A DNA stretch of 64,000 bases from positions 48,896 to 112,895 of the forward strand of contig JAEZCO010000015.1 in assembly GCA_023433505.1 (NCBI GenBank), given 5' to 3'. The position numbers and the translations under genes were made by a program. This document shows, piece by piece, positions 27,996 to 38,682 of the stretch (the stretch's first letter is position 1; each line of letters begins with the position of its first letter). The notes beneath the pieces are model-generated. The model did not search any database. It was not told the origin of the DNA and saw nothing but the letters and a program-made list of their open reading frames with translations. Source of the stretch: Bacillota bacterium (GTDB lineage: Bacteria > Bacillota > Clostridia > Acetivibrionales > DTU013).

Positions 27996-29426
27996 ATGGA
28001 CGTGGAAGCTAAAAACGCTTTTCAAAGGAATTTTCTAATATTCAATACGGAAGACGACCGGTACGAAGCCGGGCAAAAACCATCGGGACACGTCAGGATA
28101 GAGGTCAGGGATGGAAAAGGCAAGCTTTGGTCTACGGTACAGAACCTGGCTTCCCGTGACGGAAGGCTGATATATAAGCTGTATCTTGTTAAGGCGGGCA
28201 GGGAGCCAAGCGCGGCAGTATGTGCAGGTATGTACGGCTTGCGGCAAAACACCGCAGAGCTGGAGTGGGCATTTGCACCCAATAATGTCTATGGTTCCGG
28301 TTATGGTATTTCTGAATTTGATGTTTTTGCCGTGCTGACGGAATACACGGACAGGGAAAACACCCGTATCCTTTGTCCGCTGGCAGCATACAGAAAAAAA
28401 GGGACCGAGTGGAGAAAGAAACTGGACAGCCTGATTTATGCCCAGAACAAAATGCATCAAAAGCAGCCGGGAAATGATTACATAAACCCTTACCCCAAGC
28501 CTTTGGAAGAGAATATGACGCCGGTAAAAACGCCGGAGGCGGAGAAGTATTATCCCGAGGTGGAAAACGTAAAGCCGGAAGCAGAAAATATTTATCAGGA
28601 AGAAGAAAATACATATAATGAGGTAGTTAAAAGCAAGTTTACACCGCCGGAGACGGTTCCGGAAGAAAATCTCAATGCAATGCCCAATGCAATTCAATAC
28701 AAGTATGGCATCCATATGCCGGTAGATACGATAAACACACTGGCTCAAGATATTCCGGCGCCGATACAAACACAGCCGCAGCAGGCTCAACAGCAACCGC
28801 AGGCTGAGGCAGAGTCCCAACAACAGCCCCAGTACTATGATCAGGCCAATCAGCAGACTTTGCCCTATCAAGCACCGCAGCCGGCAGTGAATCTTGACAG
28901 CAACTGCCTTTACATGAACGGAAACATGTGCGGGATGTATGTCAATGCGGGGGGTCCCAGTCCTTGCGATAACTGCCACATTCATGCAAACACCCAGAAT
29001 GTCGCTAAGGAAGAAAAGAAAGGCGATCTGGAAAAATTAAAAGAGATGCTGGGCAGGAACTTCGAGCAAAACGATCCTTTTCAAACCAGACGCAGCGATT
29101 ATAAATGGTGGAAGGTTTCCAATCCCGTAAATCTCAACAATATTTTGTATCAATGCAATATAAGATCCCCATTATTGTTCAATCCCGTGGTTATGATGGC
29201 CCATTTCAAATACAGGCACCTTGAGATAGGCGTATTTACCGACCGGGTAAGGAAGCACGAATATGTGGTCTGCGGAGTTCCCGGAATGCATATGATCGAT
29301 AAGAAGCCTTTCGGAGATATGTGCAAATGGGTCCAGGTGGAAGGAAACAGGCCTAAATATGGCGGGTTTGGCTATTGGATCGTATATTTGGATCCGGCTA
29401 CCGGAAAGATATTGAGTTTGAAGTAA
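27996..29426 (+). CDS. hypothetical protein with Q-rich linker and Cys/His-containing C-terminal domain
   Basis: 476 aa; folded N-domain, Q/P-rich low-complexity middle, C-terminal region with C...C..C.H motifs; alternative GTG start at 28002. Confidence 0.5.
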   Translation: MDVEAKNAFQRNFLIFNTEDDRYEAGQKPSGHVRIEVRDGKGKLWSTVQNLASRDGRLIYKLYLVKAGREPSAAVCAGMYGLRQNTAELEWAFAPNNVYGSGYGISEFDVFAVLTEYTDRENTRILCPLAAYRKKGTEWRKKLDSLIYAQNKMHQKQPGNDYINPYPKPLEENMTPVKTPEAEKYYPEVENVKPEAENIYQEEENTYNEVVKSKFTPPETVPEENLNAMPNAIQYKYGIHMPVDTINTLAQDIPAPIQTQPQQAQQQPQAEAESQQQPQYYDQANQQTLPYQAPQPAVNLDSNCLYMNGNMCGMYVNAGGPSPCDNCHIHANTQNVAKEEKKGDLEKLKEMLGRNFEQNDPFQTRRSDYKWWKVSNPVNLNNILYQCNIRSPLLFNPVVMMAHFKYRHLEIGVFTDRVRKHEYVVCGVPGMHMIDKKPFGDMCKWVQVEGNRPKYGGFGYWIVYLDPATGKILSLK

Positions 29427-29755
29427 AGATACTCTATATAAAGGATATGCAATAGATTGTAAAGAGCACCCGGTTGTAAAAAAATCTGGTGTAGGGGCGG
29501 CCATTGGCCACCCCTTCTGTAAGGCATATGGCTTTGTGTATTTTCGCTCAAACATGCGCTAGACCAAGGTCTTCTCTTGTCAAGTCTTTTGATAAAATGT
29601 CAGATAGAAGCAATCCATTGACATTTATCGGAATAAGTAAATAAGTGGGGTGGCTGATACTATTGACAGGAGTGGGCTTTGGTTATACTATAAGAGTAGA
29701 GTGACACTCTCTATTATATAGTGTAAGATATTTCGAAATGCAGAGGTGATAACTA

Positions 29756-30334
29756 ATGCCGGAAAACATTAACAAAGACATGCTTCTCCAATTGGCCGAC
29801 CAAATAATCGACAGGGACCATCAGGTGAAAATCGCAACACTGAGTGATGAACTCACCATCTCGCAGGTAGTTAAATTCTTTGAACGCCAGGGAAGAAGCT
29901 TCACGAAAACAATGATCCAGAATTACGTAAGGGTAGGCGTATTGCCTCCTCCGGTGGATAAAAGATATTATACGAAGAACCATCTTGTCCTCCTGACTTT
30001 GATAGACAATCTCAAGGCAATTTATTCCCTGGATGAAATAAGGACGGTCCTTATACCCATCCGGAATAATCCTGACCTCTTTGAAGATGACATTATCAAA
30101 GCAACGGATGTCTACAGGAATTATATTGCGATGCGGAAAGAAACCCTGGACCAATGGAAGAAATCCCTTCCGGATATGCTCGACAAAATCAATACTTTAC
30201 TGGATGAGGATCAGGTGGCAGACAGTGAAAGGAACACAGCCGTTGCGTTCATGATTTCACTGACCATCATGGCGGATACCATTGCAATGAGGGACCTGAT
30301 AGCAGAGATCAGCAGAGAGCATATCAAAAAGTGA
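29756..30334 (+). CDS. DUF1836-like protein with MerR-type N-terminal HTH
   Basis: segment TKTMIQNYVRVGVLPPPVDKRYYTKNHL matches the DUF1836 signature as I recall it. Confidence 0.45.
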   Translation: MPENINKDMLLQLADQIIDRDHQVKIATLSDELTISQVVKFFERQGRSFTKTMIQNYVRVGVLPPPVDKRYYTKNHLVLLTLIDNLKAIYSLDEIRTVLIPIRNNPDLFEDDIIKATDVYRNYIAMRKETLDQWKKSLPDMLDKINTLLDEDQVADSERNTAVAFMISLTIMADTIAMRDLIAEISREHIKK

Positions 30335-30581
30335 AATAAGATGTAATAGCGAGAATTATTAAGATATATGGAGATAATCCGGAATAGACGGATGTGGAGA
30401 AACAAACAATTTCCTGCTCAGGATCTATGAGGGGAGAGCGGTCTTGAAATATAATATAGAGTGTGATAATATAATATATGTTATATAAGTACGCAATACA
30501 TAGAGTAAAACACAACGTTCTTATATGACAGCTGACTGCAGCCAGCAATTCCCTAATTTGATTTCACTGTGCATTTAAATA

Positions 30582-30590
30582 TGCTATAAT
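30582..30590 (+). promoter_or_regulatory. extended -10 element (TGcTATAAT) upstream of nfeD-flotillin pair
   Basis: TGCTATAAT about 28 nt upstream of AAGGAGG RBS; same 9-mer recurs at 55375. Confidence 0.3.
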
Positions 30591-30618
30591 GAATGTGCAG
30601 TCTAAAGGAGGTTGGTAT

Positions 30619-31227
30619 ATGCTTTATGTTTTTATCGGTTGTCTCACTTTCGGAGTTGCATTTTCAGTACTCTCCCTGTTTCTTGGTTCCCACGGTCATG
30701 GAAGCTTTGAACATGGCGGAGGGGTTGACGGGCACCATGCCGGAGCGGATTCGACCGACGTGCCGTCTCCTTTAAATCCTCTGGTAATCTCAAGCGCTGT
30801 CACAGGCTTTGGCGCTGTGGGCCTTATCGCAAAAACCGGCTTTGCCATGGGAGATTTACTGAGTACGCTGGTCTCACTGGGATTTGCCGGAATCGTTGGT
30901 ACCGTGATGTTTTACGGTGTAGTAAAGTTCATGTATGGCTCTCAGTCCAATTCAGTTTTTTCATTGGCCGAGCTGGTGGATGTGGAAGCAGAAATTTTGA
31001 CGCCGGTCCCGAAAAACGGCCTGGGTGAAATAACTTATGTAATGAACGGCGTCCGGAGCAATTTGCCGGCCAGGTCCGTCACAGGGGAAGAAATTCAAAG
31101 AGGCTCGGTGGTCATCATCCGGGGAGTGGAAGGCAATACTGCCCTGGTGCAGCGCAAGATCAGCCTTGACGAGCTGAGCACCTATGAAGTTGAAGAACGC
31201 AAGAACCGCGGAAGTATTGAAAACTAA
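30619..31227 (+). CDS. NfeD-family membrane protein (YuaF/YqiJ-like, C-terminal OB-fold)
   Basis: three N-terminal TM helices plus soluble beta-rich C-term; immediately upstream of a flotillin gene; AAGGAGG RBS before ATG 30619. Confidence 0.65.
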   Translation: MLYVFIGCLTFGVAFSVLSLFLGSHGHGSFEHGGGVDGHHAGADSTDVPSPLNPLVISSAVTGFGAVGLIAKTGFAMGDLLSTLVSLGFAGIVGTVMFYGVVKFMYGSQSNSVFSLAELVDVEAEILTPVPKNGLGEITYVMNGVRSNLPARSVTGEEIQRGSVVIIRGVEGNTALVQRKISLDELSTYEVEERKNRGSIEN

Positions 31228-31292
31228 TTTCAGAAGGGGATATTTCCGAAGTAAAGGGATATTTCCTATCATTTAAAAAGGAGGTTTTATTA

Positions 31293-32708
31293 ATGAATTA
31301 CGGAGTTCCGATTTTAGCTGCCATTCTATTTGTTGTCGTTCTTTTTATCCTGATTTCGATTTTTGTGGGCCGGTATGTAAAGGTTGGTCCTGATGAAGCC
31401 CTGATTGTTTCAGGCCGCAGGAAAAAGCTGGCCAACGGACAGGTCGTAGGTTTCAGGATTGTGCGGGGAGGAGCGACCTTTGTATGGCCCATCCTTGAAA
31501 TTTCCAAGACCATTTCCCTGAGAATCATGCCGCTGGATGTCAATTCAAGCGCATATACTTCACAGGGAGTACAGGTGACTGTGGATGGCATCGCCCAGGT
31601 AAAGATCGATTCAAGCCAGGAGGCAATCTCCACGGCAGCAGAGCAATTTCTGAGTCTGAAAGAGGAAGAAATCAAAAGGATAGCGACACAAACCCTTGAA
31701 GGACATTTGCGTTCCATCGTAGGTAACCTGACGGTGGAGGAAATCAACCAGAACCGTGACGCCTTTGCACAAAAGGTTCAGGAACTGGCAGCAGGCGACC
31801 TTGCAAACATGGGCCTGAAAATAATATCCTTCACCATCCGGGAAATCGCAGATAAAAACGGCTACCTTGAGAGTCTTGGTAAAGCGCAGATCGCAAGGGT
31901 ACAGAGGGATGCGGTCATCGGTCAGGCGGAAGCAAAAAGGGATGCCGATATTAAGAGCGCTGAGGCCATGCAGGCAGGTCAGACAGCAAAGTATCTGGCT
32001 GAGACCAAGGTTGCCGAAGCCAACAGGGACAAGGAAATGAAGGTGGCGGACTATCAGGCTTCCATTAATGAAAGAAAAGCTGAAGCCGACCTTTCCTATG
32101 ATAAAAAGAAATATGTCATTCAACAGGAAGTTGAAAAAGAAGCAATGCAGGTAGAGATCGTCAAAAAGCAAAAGGGAATCGAGCTCCAGGAGCAGGAAGC
32201 GCTCAGGAAGGAAAAAGAGCTGGATGCAATGGTCAGGAAACCTGCAGAAGCGGAAAGGTTCAAAACCGAAATCAGCGCGGAAGCCGACAGGGTGAGGAAA
32301 TCCAAGGAAGCTGAAGGCCAATCTTACGCCATTAAAGCCGAGGGCGTGGCAAAAGCTGAAGCTATAAAAGCTGCCGGTCTCGCCGAAGCGGAAATTATCA
32401 TGGCAAAAGGTGAAGCTGAAGCCGTGGCTCTTACCAAAAAGGCAGAGGCTTACAAGCTATTCAATGATGCAGCTATGGCTCAGATGGTTATCGAGAAGCT
32501 GCCGGAAATAGCCAGTGCCATAGCGCAGCCTCTTGCAAAGACGGAAAAGATCGTGATGATTGGAGATTCGGGCGCGTCGAAGATTACCAAGGACATTACC
32601 AATATTCTTGCACAGCTGCCTGAAACCGTAAAAGGCCTCACCGGCGTGGACATTACAAACATTATCAAGAATTATGCAGGTGAAGGAAAGGCAGACAGAA
32701 GCGAATAA
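31293..32708 (+). CDS. floT: flotillin-like protein (SPFH domain + Ala/Glu-rich coiled-coil), FloT/YuaG-like
   Basis: N-term TM + SPFH/band-7 domain, long EA-rich repeat region, conserved C-term. Confidence 0.8.
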   Translation: MNYGVPILAAILFVVVLFILISIFVGRYVKVGPDEALIVSGRRKKLANGQVVGFRIVRGGATFVWPILEISKTISLRIMPLDVNSSAYTSQGVQVTVDGIAQVKIDSSQEAISTAAEQFLSLKEEEIKRIATQTLEGHLRSIVGNLTVEEINQNRDAFAQKVQELAAGDLANMGLKIISFTIREIADKNGYLESLGKAQIARVQRDAVIGQAEAKRDADIKSAEAMQAGQTAKYLAETKVAEANRDKEMKVADYQASINERKAEADLSYDKKKYVIQQEVEKEAMQVEIVKKQKGIELQEQEALRKEKELDAMVRKPAEAERFKTEISAEADRVRKSKEAEGQSYAIKAEGVAKAEAIKAAGLAEAEIIMAKGEAEAVALTKKAEAYKLFNDAAMAQMVIEKLPEIASAIAQPLAKTEKIVMIGDSGASKITKDITNILAQLPETVKGLTGVDITNIIKNYAGEGKADRSE

Positions 32709-32756
32709 CGGGCAGGCCGGAAAACATGATATGATCAGGGAAACGGCAATAAGGAA

Positions 32757-32812
32757 GGTGCACCTCCAAAGATTGGACGAAAAGTTCCAGCTTTGGAGGT
32801 GCATTTTTTTTT
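32757..32812 (+). terminator. intrinsic terminator after floT
   Basis: 13-bp stem TGCACCTCCAAAG/CTTTGGAGGTGCA followed by T9. Confidence 0.65.
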
Positions 32813-32911
32813 ATGATCTGTTAATACTTTTTTCTTTTTTACGTATTAACAATTGTACTACCTGAATGATAAATTGCGCAGTTTATTAAATTAAAAAGAA
32901 AGGAGGTACAG

Positions 32912-33499
32912 ATGGATATTGTTCAAAAAAATGCTTATACTTATCAAAGAGAAAACACAGCGGCATTGGAAGCGATGCATATAAATGAATTTGATCAAAT
33001 CTTTGATATGTACTACAAGCGTGTGTACAAGTATATCTGCTACCGCATAAACAATCAAAGCATGGCGGAGGAAATATGCAGTCAGGTTTTTGAAAAGGTT
33101 GTTTTAAAATATAATACATACTCTCCTGAAAAATCATCTTTTGAGGTATGGCTTTTTGCAATTGCACGAAACTGCCTGACAGATTATCACCGTTCCAACA
33201 AAAAAGGGATTCATCTATCTCTGGACTCCATCCTGGATATGATATCGCCGGAGCCTTCGCCGGAAGATGAAATCATCACCGAAGATGAAAACAGGAAGCT
33301 GCTTGTCGCCCTAAGCAAGCTCAGCGGAAAAGAACGGAATATCATTTCGATGAAATTTGCCGCGGAGCTAAAAAACTCTGAAATTGCGAGCTTGCTGGGG
33401 ATCAGCGGTTCCCATGTGGGAGTCGTTTTGTACAGAAGCTTGAAAAAACTTCACAAATTGCTGGATAAGGGAGGGGATGAACATGGCGGGAAAACATGA
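32912..33499 (+). CDS. ECF-type RNA polymerase sigma-70 factor
   Basis: region 2 (YxxxxNxxxAEEIxQxVF) and region 4 HTH (EIASLLGISGSHVGVVLYRSLKKL). Confidence 0.75.
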   Translation: MDIVQKNAYTYQRENTAALEAMHINEFDQIFDMYYKRVYKYICYRINNQSMAEEICSQVFEKVVLKYNTYSPEKSSFEVWLFAIARNCLTDYHRSNKKGIHLSLDSILDMISPEPSPEDEIITEDENRKLLVALSKLSGKERNIISMKFAAELKNSEIASLLGISGSHVGVVLYRSLKKLHKLLDKGGDEHGGKT

Positions 33500-34310
33500 T
33501 ATCAAGGAGTTCAATGAATTGTGCGGTATGCTTTCCAATGCGGACGTAAAAGAAGACCTGCATAAGGAGAAAATTCGCAATCAAATTAAATATAAAATGG
33601 AAACCGGAGCTTTACAAAAAGAATATAAGAAAAAGGGTGAAATTTATATGAAAAAGAAAAGGGTTAAATTTATTGCCGTTTTTACGGCGACGCTGGTCTG
33701 TCTGGTGGGCATATTCTCGGCAACGGCATACGGCCAGGAAATGATCCAGAAGATATTAGCGCGCTTCCACGTAGGAAACATGACGATCACACAATATGAG
33801 AAAGAATTGCCCAAGGTTGAATCAAATGCCGGTAGTGGCAAAAGAGTTGCCAGCGAATTCAAACCACGGAATTCCAGCATTGAAGAGGCCCGTTCCGTGA
33901 TGGAGGTAGATTTTGCAGTGCCCACATGGCTGCCGGACGGGTATGTATACACAAAAAGCGTACTTCATAGCAAGAATGGTGCGGAGCTGGTATATTCCAA
34001 AGGAGAAAGCCTGGTTTCCCTATTGATCACAAAAGGCGAAAATGGGATTTCAACAGCAGGGGAAGTTAAAAGTGAAACGATAAGCGGCAATACGGTTTAC
34101 TTTGCTAATGGCATTGTACTGTGGGGACAGGACGGATTGACCTACGAGCTGTATCAAATGGGTGAAAAGGACTTTGATCGTGATACTCTGGGAAAAATAA
34201 TCAGCACAATGTCAACAGGAACAGTCCGCAATGACAGATTCCAATATGATGAGGCTGACCGAAACAATCCCAAAACTGCTGAGGTAGCGGCTCAAGCAGC
34301 TGAAAAATAA
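33483..34310 (+). CDS. putative anti-sigma factor (DUF4367-like) co-transcribed with ECF sigma
   Basis: overlaps sigma gene end; single TM helix then extracytoplasmic domain; GGGAGGGG RBS before ATG 33483. Confidence 0.5.
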   Translation: MAGKHDIKEFNELCGMLSNADVKEDLHKEKIRNQIKYKMETGALQKEYKKKGEIYMKKKRVKFIAVFTATLVCLVGIFSATAYGQEMIQKILARFHVGNMTITQYEKELPKVESNAGSGKRVASEFKPRNSSIEEARSVMEVDFAVPTWLPDGYVYTKSVLHSKNGAELVYSKGESLVSLLITKGENGISTAGEVKSETISGNTVYFANGIVLWGQDGLTYELYQMGEKDFDRDTLGKIISTMSTGTVRNDRFQYDEADRNNPKTAEVAAQAAEK

Positions 34311-34330
34311 ACATATCTAAAAAATGCAGA

Positions 34331-34366
34331 AATGCGGCAGGGGACGGTTCTCCTGCCGCATTTTTG
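34331..34366 (+). terminator. intrinsic terminator after anti-sigma gene
   Basis: ATGCGGCAGG / CCTGCCGCAT 10-bp stem followed by TTTTT. Confidence 0.6.
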
Positions 34367-34517
34367 CGTTTCGGCGGGATGGCTTTTTCCGTTGTGGAGA
34401 AACTGAGTGAAAACAACAAAATGTACGGCATTTCGTTCAAAATATATGTTTCTTTAGCGAAATATAGTATAATGGTTGTAACTCGAAATACCTGCCGAGA
34501 GGAAGCTGATTTTTGTT

Positions 34518-34925
34518 ATGGGGAAGAATAAGGTCGAAGTAAAAATAGCCGGTAAGGACTATACCATTGTAGGTACTGAATCCGAGGAATATATCCAGAG
34601 GGTAGGCTTATACATCGACAGGAAAATGAACGAGGTAATGCGTTCCAACAACAAGCTGAGCACATCCATGGCTGCAGTACTTACAGCGATGAACGTGGCG
34701 GATGATTATTTCAAATGCTACGAAAGCGAAGCCCAATTGAAGAAGGAGTTAAAGAAGCTTCATGAAGAATTGAGTGAGCTGAAGGAAGAAAAGAAAAGGA
34801 TTACAGAAGAAAACTCTGTCGTAAGCAGCAGCAATTCAAACCTTCAGCTTGAATTGGCCAAAAGGGAGGCCGAGCTTCGCGAGGTCAGAAATTCCCTTGA
34901 TATGGCTTCCCGGTCAAGGCTTTAG
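34518..34925 (+). CDS. zapA: cell division protein ZapA
   Basis: VEVKIAGKDYTIVG...E.YI..VA..IDRKMNEV pattern typical of ZapA, coiled-coil tail. Confidence 0.7.
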   Translation: MGKNKVEVKIAGKDYTIVGTESEEYIQRVGLYIDRKMNEVMRSNNKLSTSMAAVLTAMNVADDYFKCYESEAQLKKELKKLHEELSELKEEKKRITEENSVVSSSNSNLQLELAKREAELREVRNSLDMASRSRL

Positions 34926-35127
34926 ATCACACTGTCTTTTTTATAATCCGGATATTTTTGTTGTGCGCAATTGCTAAAAGGTGCCAATGATCGCTTTTAA
35001 CCGTAGAATCGATAGAGAAGCGTTTTACCGGGATACAGATTTACCTGTCCTCACAGGATTTTCGAGAAAATATCAAATTACGGACAATATTTCAAATTAA
35101 AAAATTCTACATGGAGATTATAAGACT

Positions 35128-36027
35128 ATGGCTGATAATTTTAAAATGATTTTTATATTCATTGACGGTTTCGGGATGGGTGAAAAAGATCCGGCAAAGA
35201 ACCCCGTGTATGCGGCCTCTGTGCCAAACCTGGACTTTATTTTCAATAATTGCGAGGTAATTCCCACCGATGCGTCGTTGGGCGTGCCGGGACTCCCGCA
35301 AAGCGCAACCGGGCAAACTGCCATCGTTACAGGGATAAACGCTTCGATGCTCCTGGGAAGACACTTGAATGCCCAGCCGTCGGGTACGTTAAAAAATGTA
35401 ATCAACGAGGACAACCTCTTTAAAAGGCTTATAAAGGCAGGCTATAAAGTGACCAATGCCAATGTTTACAGGCAGGAATACCTGGATAAGATGAACGACC
35501 CTGCGGAGAAAAGATATAAGCCTTCCGTTTCATCGGTGATGACCATGTCGGCGGGTCTGCCTTTCCGGATGGTTGAGGATTACAGGAACGGAAAAGGGAT
35601 ATATCATGACATTACAGGAAAAATTATAGTGGAAAGCGGATATGATGCCGAGATTATAACTCCGGAGGAGGCCGCCCGCAGGCTTTACTCCATCAGCAGG
35701 GAGAATGATTTCACCTTTTATGAGCATTTTATGACCGATATTATCGGACATAAGATGGACATGGCCCTTGCCGTGGAGGAGATAGAGCTGCTGGACGCCT
35801 TTCTTGGTGCGGTGTTGAAGCTGGCCGATCCAGAGAAGGACGTTATTTTCATCACCAGTGACCATGGGAATATCGAGGATATTTCCGTGAAAACACATAC
35901 GATGAATAAAGTGCCTACCATCATTATCGGGGGCGATCGTAGAAAAAGGACCGTAAAGATCCGGTCATTGCTGGATATAATGCCGGCAGTGCTTGAAATG
36001 TTTGGCTTGCAGGAGGTTTATGAATAA
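35128..36027 (+). CDS. alkaline-phosphatase-superfamily metalloenzyme (unassigned subfamily)
   Basis: IFIFIDGFGMG... and SDHGN motifs resembling the AlkP-core / PGM-independent-type metal site. Confidence 0.45.
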   Translation: MADNFKMIFIFIDGFGMGEKDPAKNPVYAASVPNLDFIFNNCEVIPTDASLGVPGLPQSATGQTAIVTGINASMLLGRHLNAQPSGTLKNVINEDNLFKRLIKAGYKVTNANVYRQEYLDKMNDPAEKRYKPSVSSVMTMSAGLPFRMVEDYRNGKGIYHDITGKIIVESGYDAEIITPEEAARRLYSISRENDFTFYEHFMTDIIGHKMDMALAVEEIELLDAFLGAVLKLADPEKDVIFITSDHGNIEDISVKTHTMNKVPTIIIGGDRRKRTVKIRSLLDIMPAVLEMFGLQEVYE

Positions 36028-38656
36028 GCGGGTGGAAAAGAAAATAGAACTGCTTGCCCCTGCCGGTGACGTTGATTCGCTTCGTGCCGCAGTGGAAAAC
36101 GGAGCCGATGCCGTTTATTTGGGCGGAAAGCTGTTTAACGCAAGGCAGTCCGCCGGCAATTTCGATTTGCAGGAGATGGAGGAAGCCTTGAAATATGCCC
36201 ATATCAGAGGTGCAAGCATTTATCTGACTATGAATACCCTTATTTCCGACAACGAGATGAAGGCTGCGGTTGAGTTCGCGCACGGCGCTTATCTTGCAGG
36301 TATAGACGGAATCATTGTCCAGGATCCGGGATTTGCACATTGCATTAATGAAATGATGCCCGACCTTCCTTTGCATGCCAGCACGCAGATGACGGTCCAT
36401 AACCTCGAAGGCGCCAAAATATTGGAACGTTCAGGCTTCAAAAGAGTGGTTCTCGCACGGGAATTGAAGCTGGATGAAATAAGAGACATTGCGGCGGGTA
36501 CTTCTCTGGAAGTGGAAGTATTTATTCACGGCGCCCTTTGTATTTGCTATTCCGGACAATGCCTCATGAGCAGCATAATCGGCGGAAGAAGCGGAAACAG
36601 GGGGAAATGTGCCCAGCCGTGCAGACTTCCGTATACGCTGTTGGAAAACGGAAAGGAGTCATCGGACAGCAATGCCCGATACCTGCTAAGTCCCAAGGAT
36701 CTTTGCACCTTGCCCTTCATAAATGAAATCGCTTCCTCTGGAATCAAGTCCCTTAAAATCGAAGGCAGGATGAAGAGTCCCGAATATGTGGCTACAGTGG
36801 TCAGAATATATAGAAAATACCTGGATCAGATAACCGCCCTCCCTCCCCGGAATGACACCGTGGAGCATACCCGGCTTCCGGCAGATCCATTCCCGGAAGC
36901 GGAGTCTTTGACGCCCAACGCCCAGGATATACACGAACTGACTCAGATTTTCAACCGGGGAGGCTTTACCGGCGGGTACATTGCAGGCAATTCCGGCCGG
37001 GAACTGATGTGTTATGAGAAACCGAAAAATTGGGGGACATTTCTTGGGGAAGTTTTATCTTATAATCCCCGGGAAGGGACGATTCAGGCCAAGCTTAACG
37101 GGAGCCTGGCAATTGGCGACGGCATAGAGGTGTGGAACGGTGAAAATGAGAATCCCGGCACCATTGTTACTTTGATAAGGAGTAAGGGAAAGACCGTCAA
37201 AGAAGCTTCAAAAGCGGATACCGTGGAAATAGGAAATATCAAGGGAAAAATAGTTAAGGGCTGCAAGGTTTACAAAACTTCAGATAAAAGGCTTCTGGAT
37301 ACTGCGAGAGAATCCTTCCAGGGCAGGCCGCGGAAGCGGATCGGATTAAAAGGGGAAGTCTTACTGAAAAGCAAGGCTGTCATGAGTTTGAAAGTGCAGG
37401 ATGAAGACGGCAACGAGGTAATAGCCGAGGGAACGGTAATGCCGGAAAAAGCGCTCAACCGGCCCCTGACAAGAGAACGGCTCGCAGACCAGCTTGGCAA
37501 GACCGGGGCAACGCCTTTTGAATTCTGTGGCCTGGCAATCCGGATGGAGGACGGGCTTTCGCTGCCTGTCAGTGAAATTAACGATATCCGGAGAAAAGCC
37601 CTGGATGAACTGGAACACAAAAGGATGAAAAAGTATTCCAGGGATCGGAATAAATCGGTGGAAGAACGCATGTGCGCCTTACTGCCTGCAATTGAAGGAG
37701 CGAGGACTGGGAACTCATCCTGTCCTTCAAAGGCTGACAACACCGGGACACCCCCACGGATTGCATTATACTTTTATGAAGAAGACCGGAAATTAGAGTA
37801 TGACGGTTTTGGCGCGGACAGGCTTTACATCCCCTTCAAGGCTTTGCTCAAGCCTGAGAATGCGGATAGATTTTCTGCCATAAGAGAAGCAGGGACGGAA
37901 ATATTTCTATGGATTCCTTCGATAATGCGCGGTAACTATCTCAAACGGATAAAAGAAAAAATAAAGGATGCTGCTTCACTGGGCATTGATGGAATCCTGG
38001 CGGGAACCCCGGCCATTTTGGAATTCCGGAGCGAAAAAAATTCTGATGCCGGCGAGGGTGCATTGGATCTGCCGGAAGACATAAAAAGTCTCAAGTTCAT
38101 GGGAGACTATTCCTTTAATATTTTTAACACCCATTCTGCCCGGATCTATCAGTCAATGGGCTTCGAAGGCATCACGCCTTCCGTTGAACTAAACCTGGGG
38201 CAAATACGCGAGCTATCCTGCAATGCCGTTATGGATACCGAGTGTATTGTCTATGGACGTCTTCCTCTTATGACCAGTGAATATTGTCCGGTGGGCAGTG
38301 TGAAGAGCGGGTGCTCGTCACGGCGGGAATGTGGGGGGTGCTGCAGCAAGGGGGAGTTCCGGCTGAAGGACAGGTTGGGAATTGAATTTCCGGTGATTTG
38401 TGATACGATGGATTGCAGGAGTACAATATTGAATTCCAATGTGCTGTTTGTTCCCGAAGCACTTGGAAAATTGGCTGATTCGGGCGTTTCTTCGCTGCGT
38501 CTGTGCATCTGGGATGAAAGCGGCGAAAGGATAAAAGAATTGGTGAGCCTTCATAAAGAACTGGCTAGAGGTGTCGATCCAAAGGCGTATGCGCCTCTGA
38601 TCGATCAAATAAAATCGGAGGGCTTCACAAAAGGTCATTTTTACAAAGGCGTTTAA
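36020..38656 (+). CDS. peptidase U32 family protein, double-length (two U32-like modules fused)
   Basis: N-term ELLAPAGDVDSLRAAVENGADAVYLGG and E-x-F-x-HGALC motifs; second half repeats a TIM-barrel-like module; ATG 36020 overlaps upstream stop. Confidence 0.7.
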   Translation: MNKRVEKKIELLAPAGDVDSLRAAVENGADAVYLGGKLFNARQSAGNFDLQEMEEALKYAHIRGASIYLTMNTLISDNEMKAAVEFAHGAYLAGIDGIIVQDPGFAHCINEMMPDLPLHASTQMTVHNLEGAKILERSGFKRVVLARELKLDEIRDIAAGTSLEVEVFIHGALCICYSGQCLMSSIIGGRSGNRGKCAQPCRLPYTLLENGKESSDSNARYLLSPKDLCTLPFINEIASSGIKSLKIEGRMKSPEYVATVVRIYRKYLDQITALPPRNDTVEHTRLPADPFPEAESLTPNAQDIHELTQIFNRGGFTGGYIAGNSGRELMCYEKPKNWGTFLGEVLSYNPREGTIQAKLNGSLAIGDGIEVWNGENENPGTIVTLIRSKGKTVKEASKADTVEIGNIKGKIVKGCKVYKTSDKRLLDTARESFQGRPRKRIGLKGEVLLKSKAVMSLKVQDEDGNEVIAEGTVMPEKALNRPLTRERLADQLGKTGATPFEFCGLAIRMEDGLSLPVSEINDIRRKALDELEHKRMKKYSRDRNKSVEERMCALLPAIEGARTGNSSCPSKADNTGTPPRIALYFYEEDRKLEYDGFGADRLYIPFKALLKPENADRFSAIREAGTEIFLWIPSIMRGNYLKRIKEKIKDAASLGIDGILAGTPAILEFRSEKNSDAGEGALDLPEDIKSLKFMGDYSFNIFNTHSARIYQSMGFEGITPSVELNLGQIRELSCNAVMDTECIVYGRLPLMTSEYCPVGSVKSGCSSRRECGGCCSKGEFRLKDRLGIEFPVICDTMDCRSTILNSNVLFVPEALGKLADSGVSSLRLCIWDESGERIKELVSLHKELARGVDPKAYAPLIDQIKSEGFTKGHFYKGV

Positions 38657-38682
38657 AATACTCACCCTGGAGGAGAGAGATC

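Noticed and set aside
28035-28985. 316-aa minus-strand ORF
   Set aside because: Antisense within the 476-aa plus-strand gene. Arg/Leu-rich, driven by the Q-rich codons of the sense strand.
31611-32321. 236-aa minus-strand ORF
   Set aside because: Antisense to the flotillin gene's EA-repeat region.
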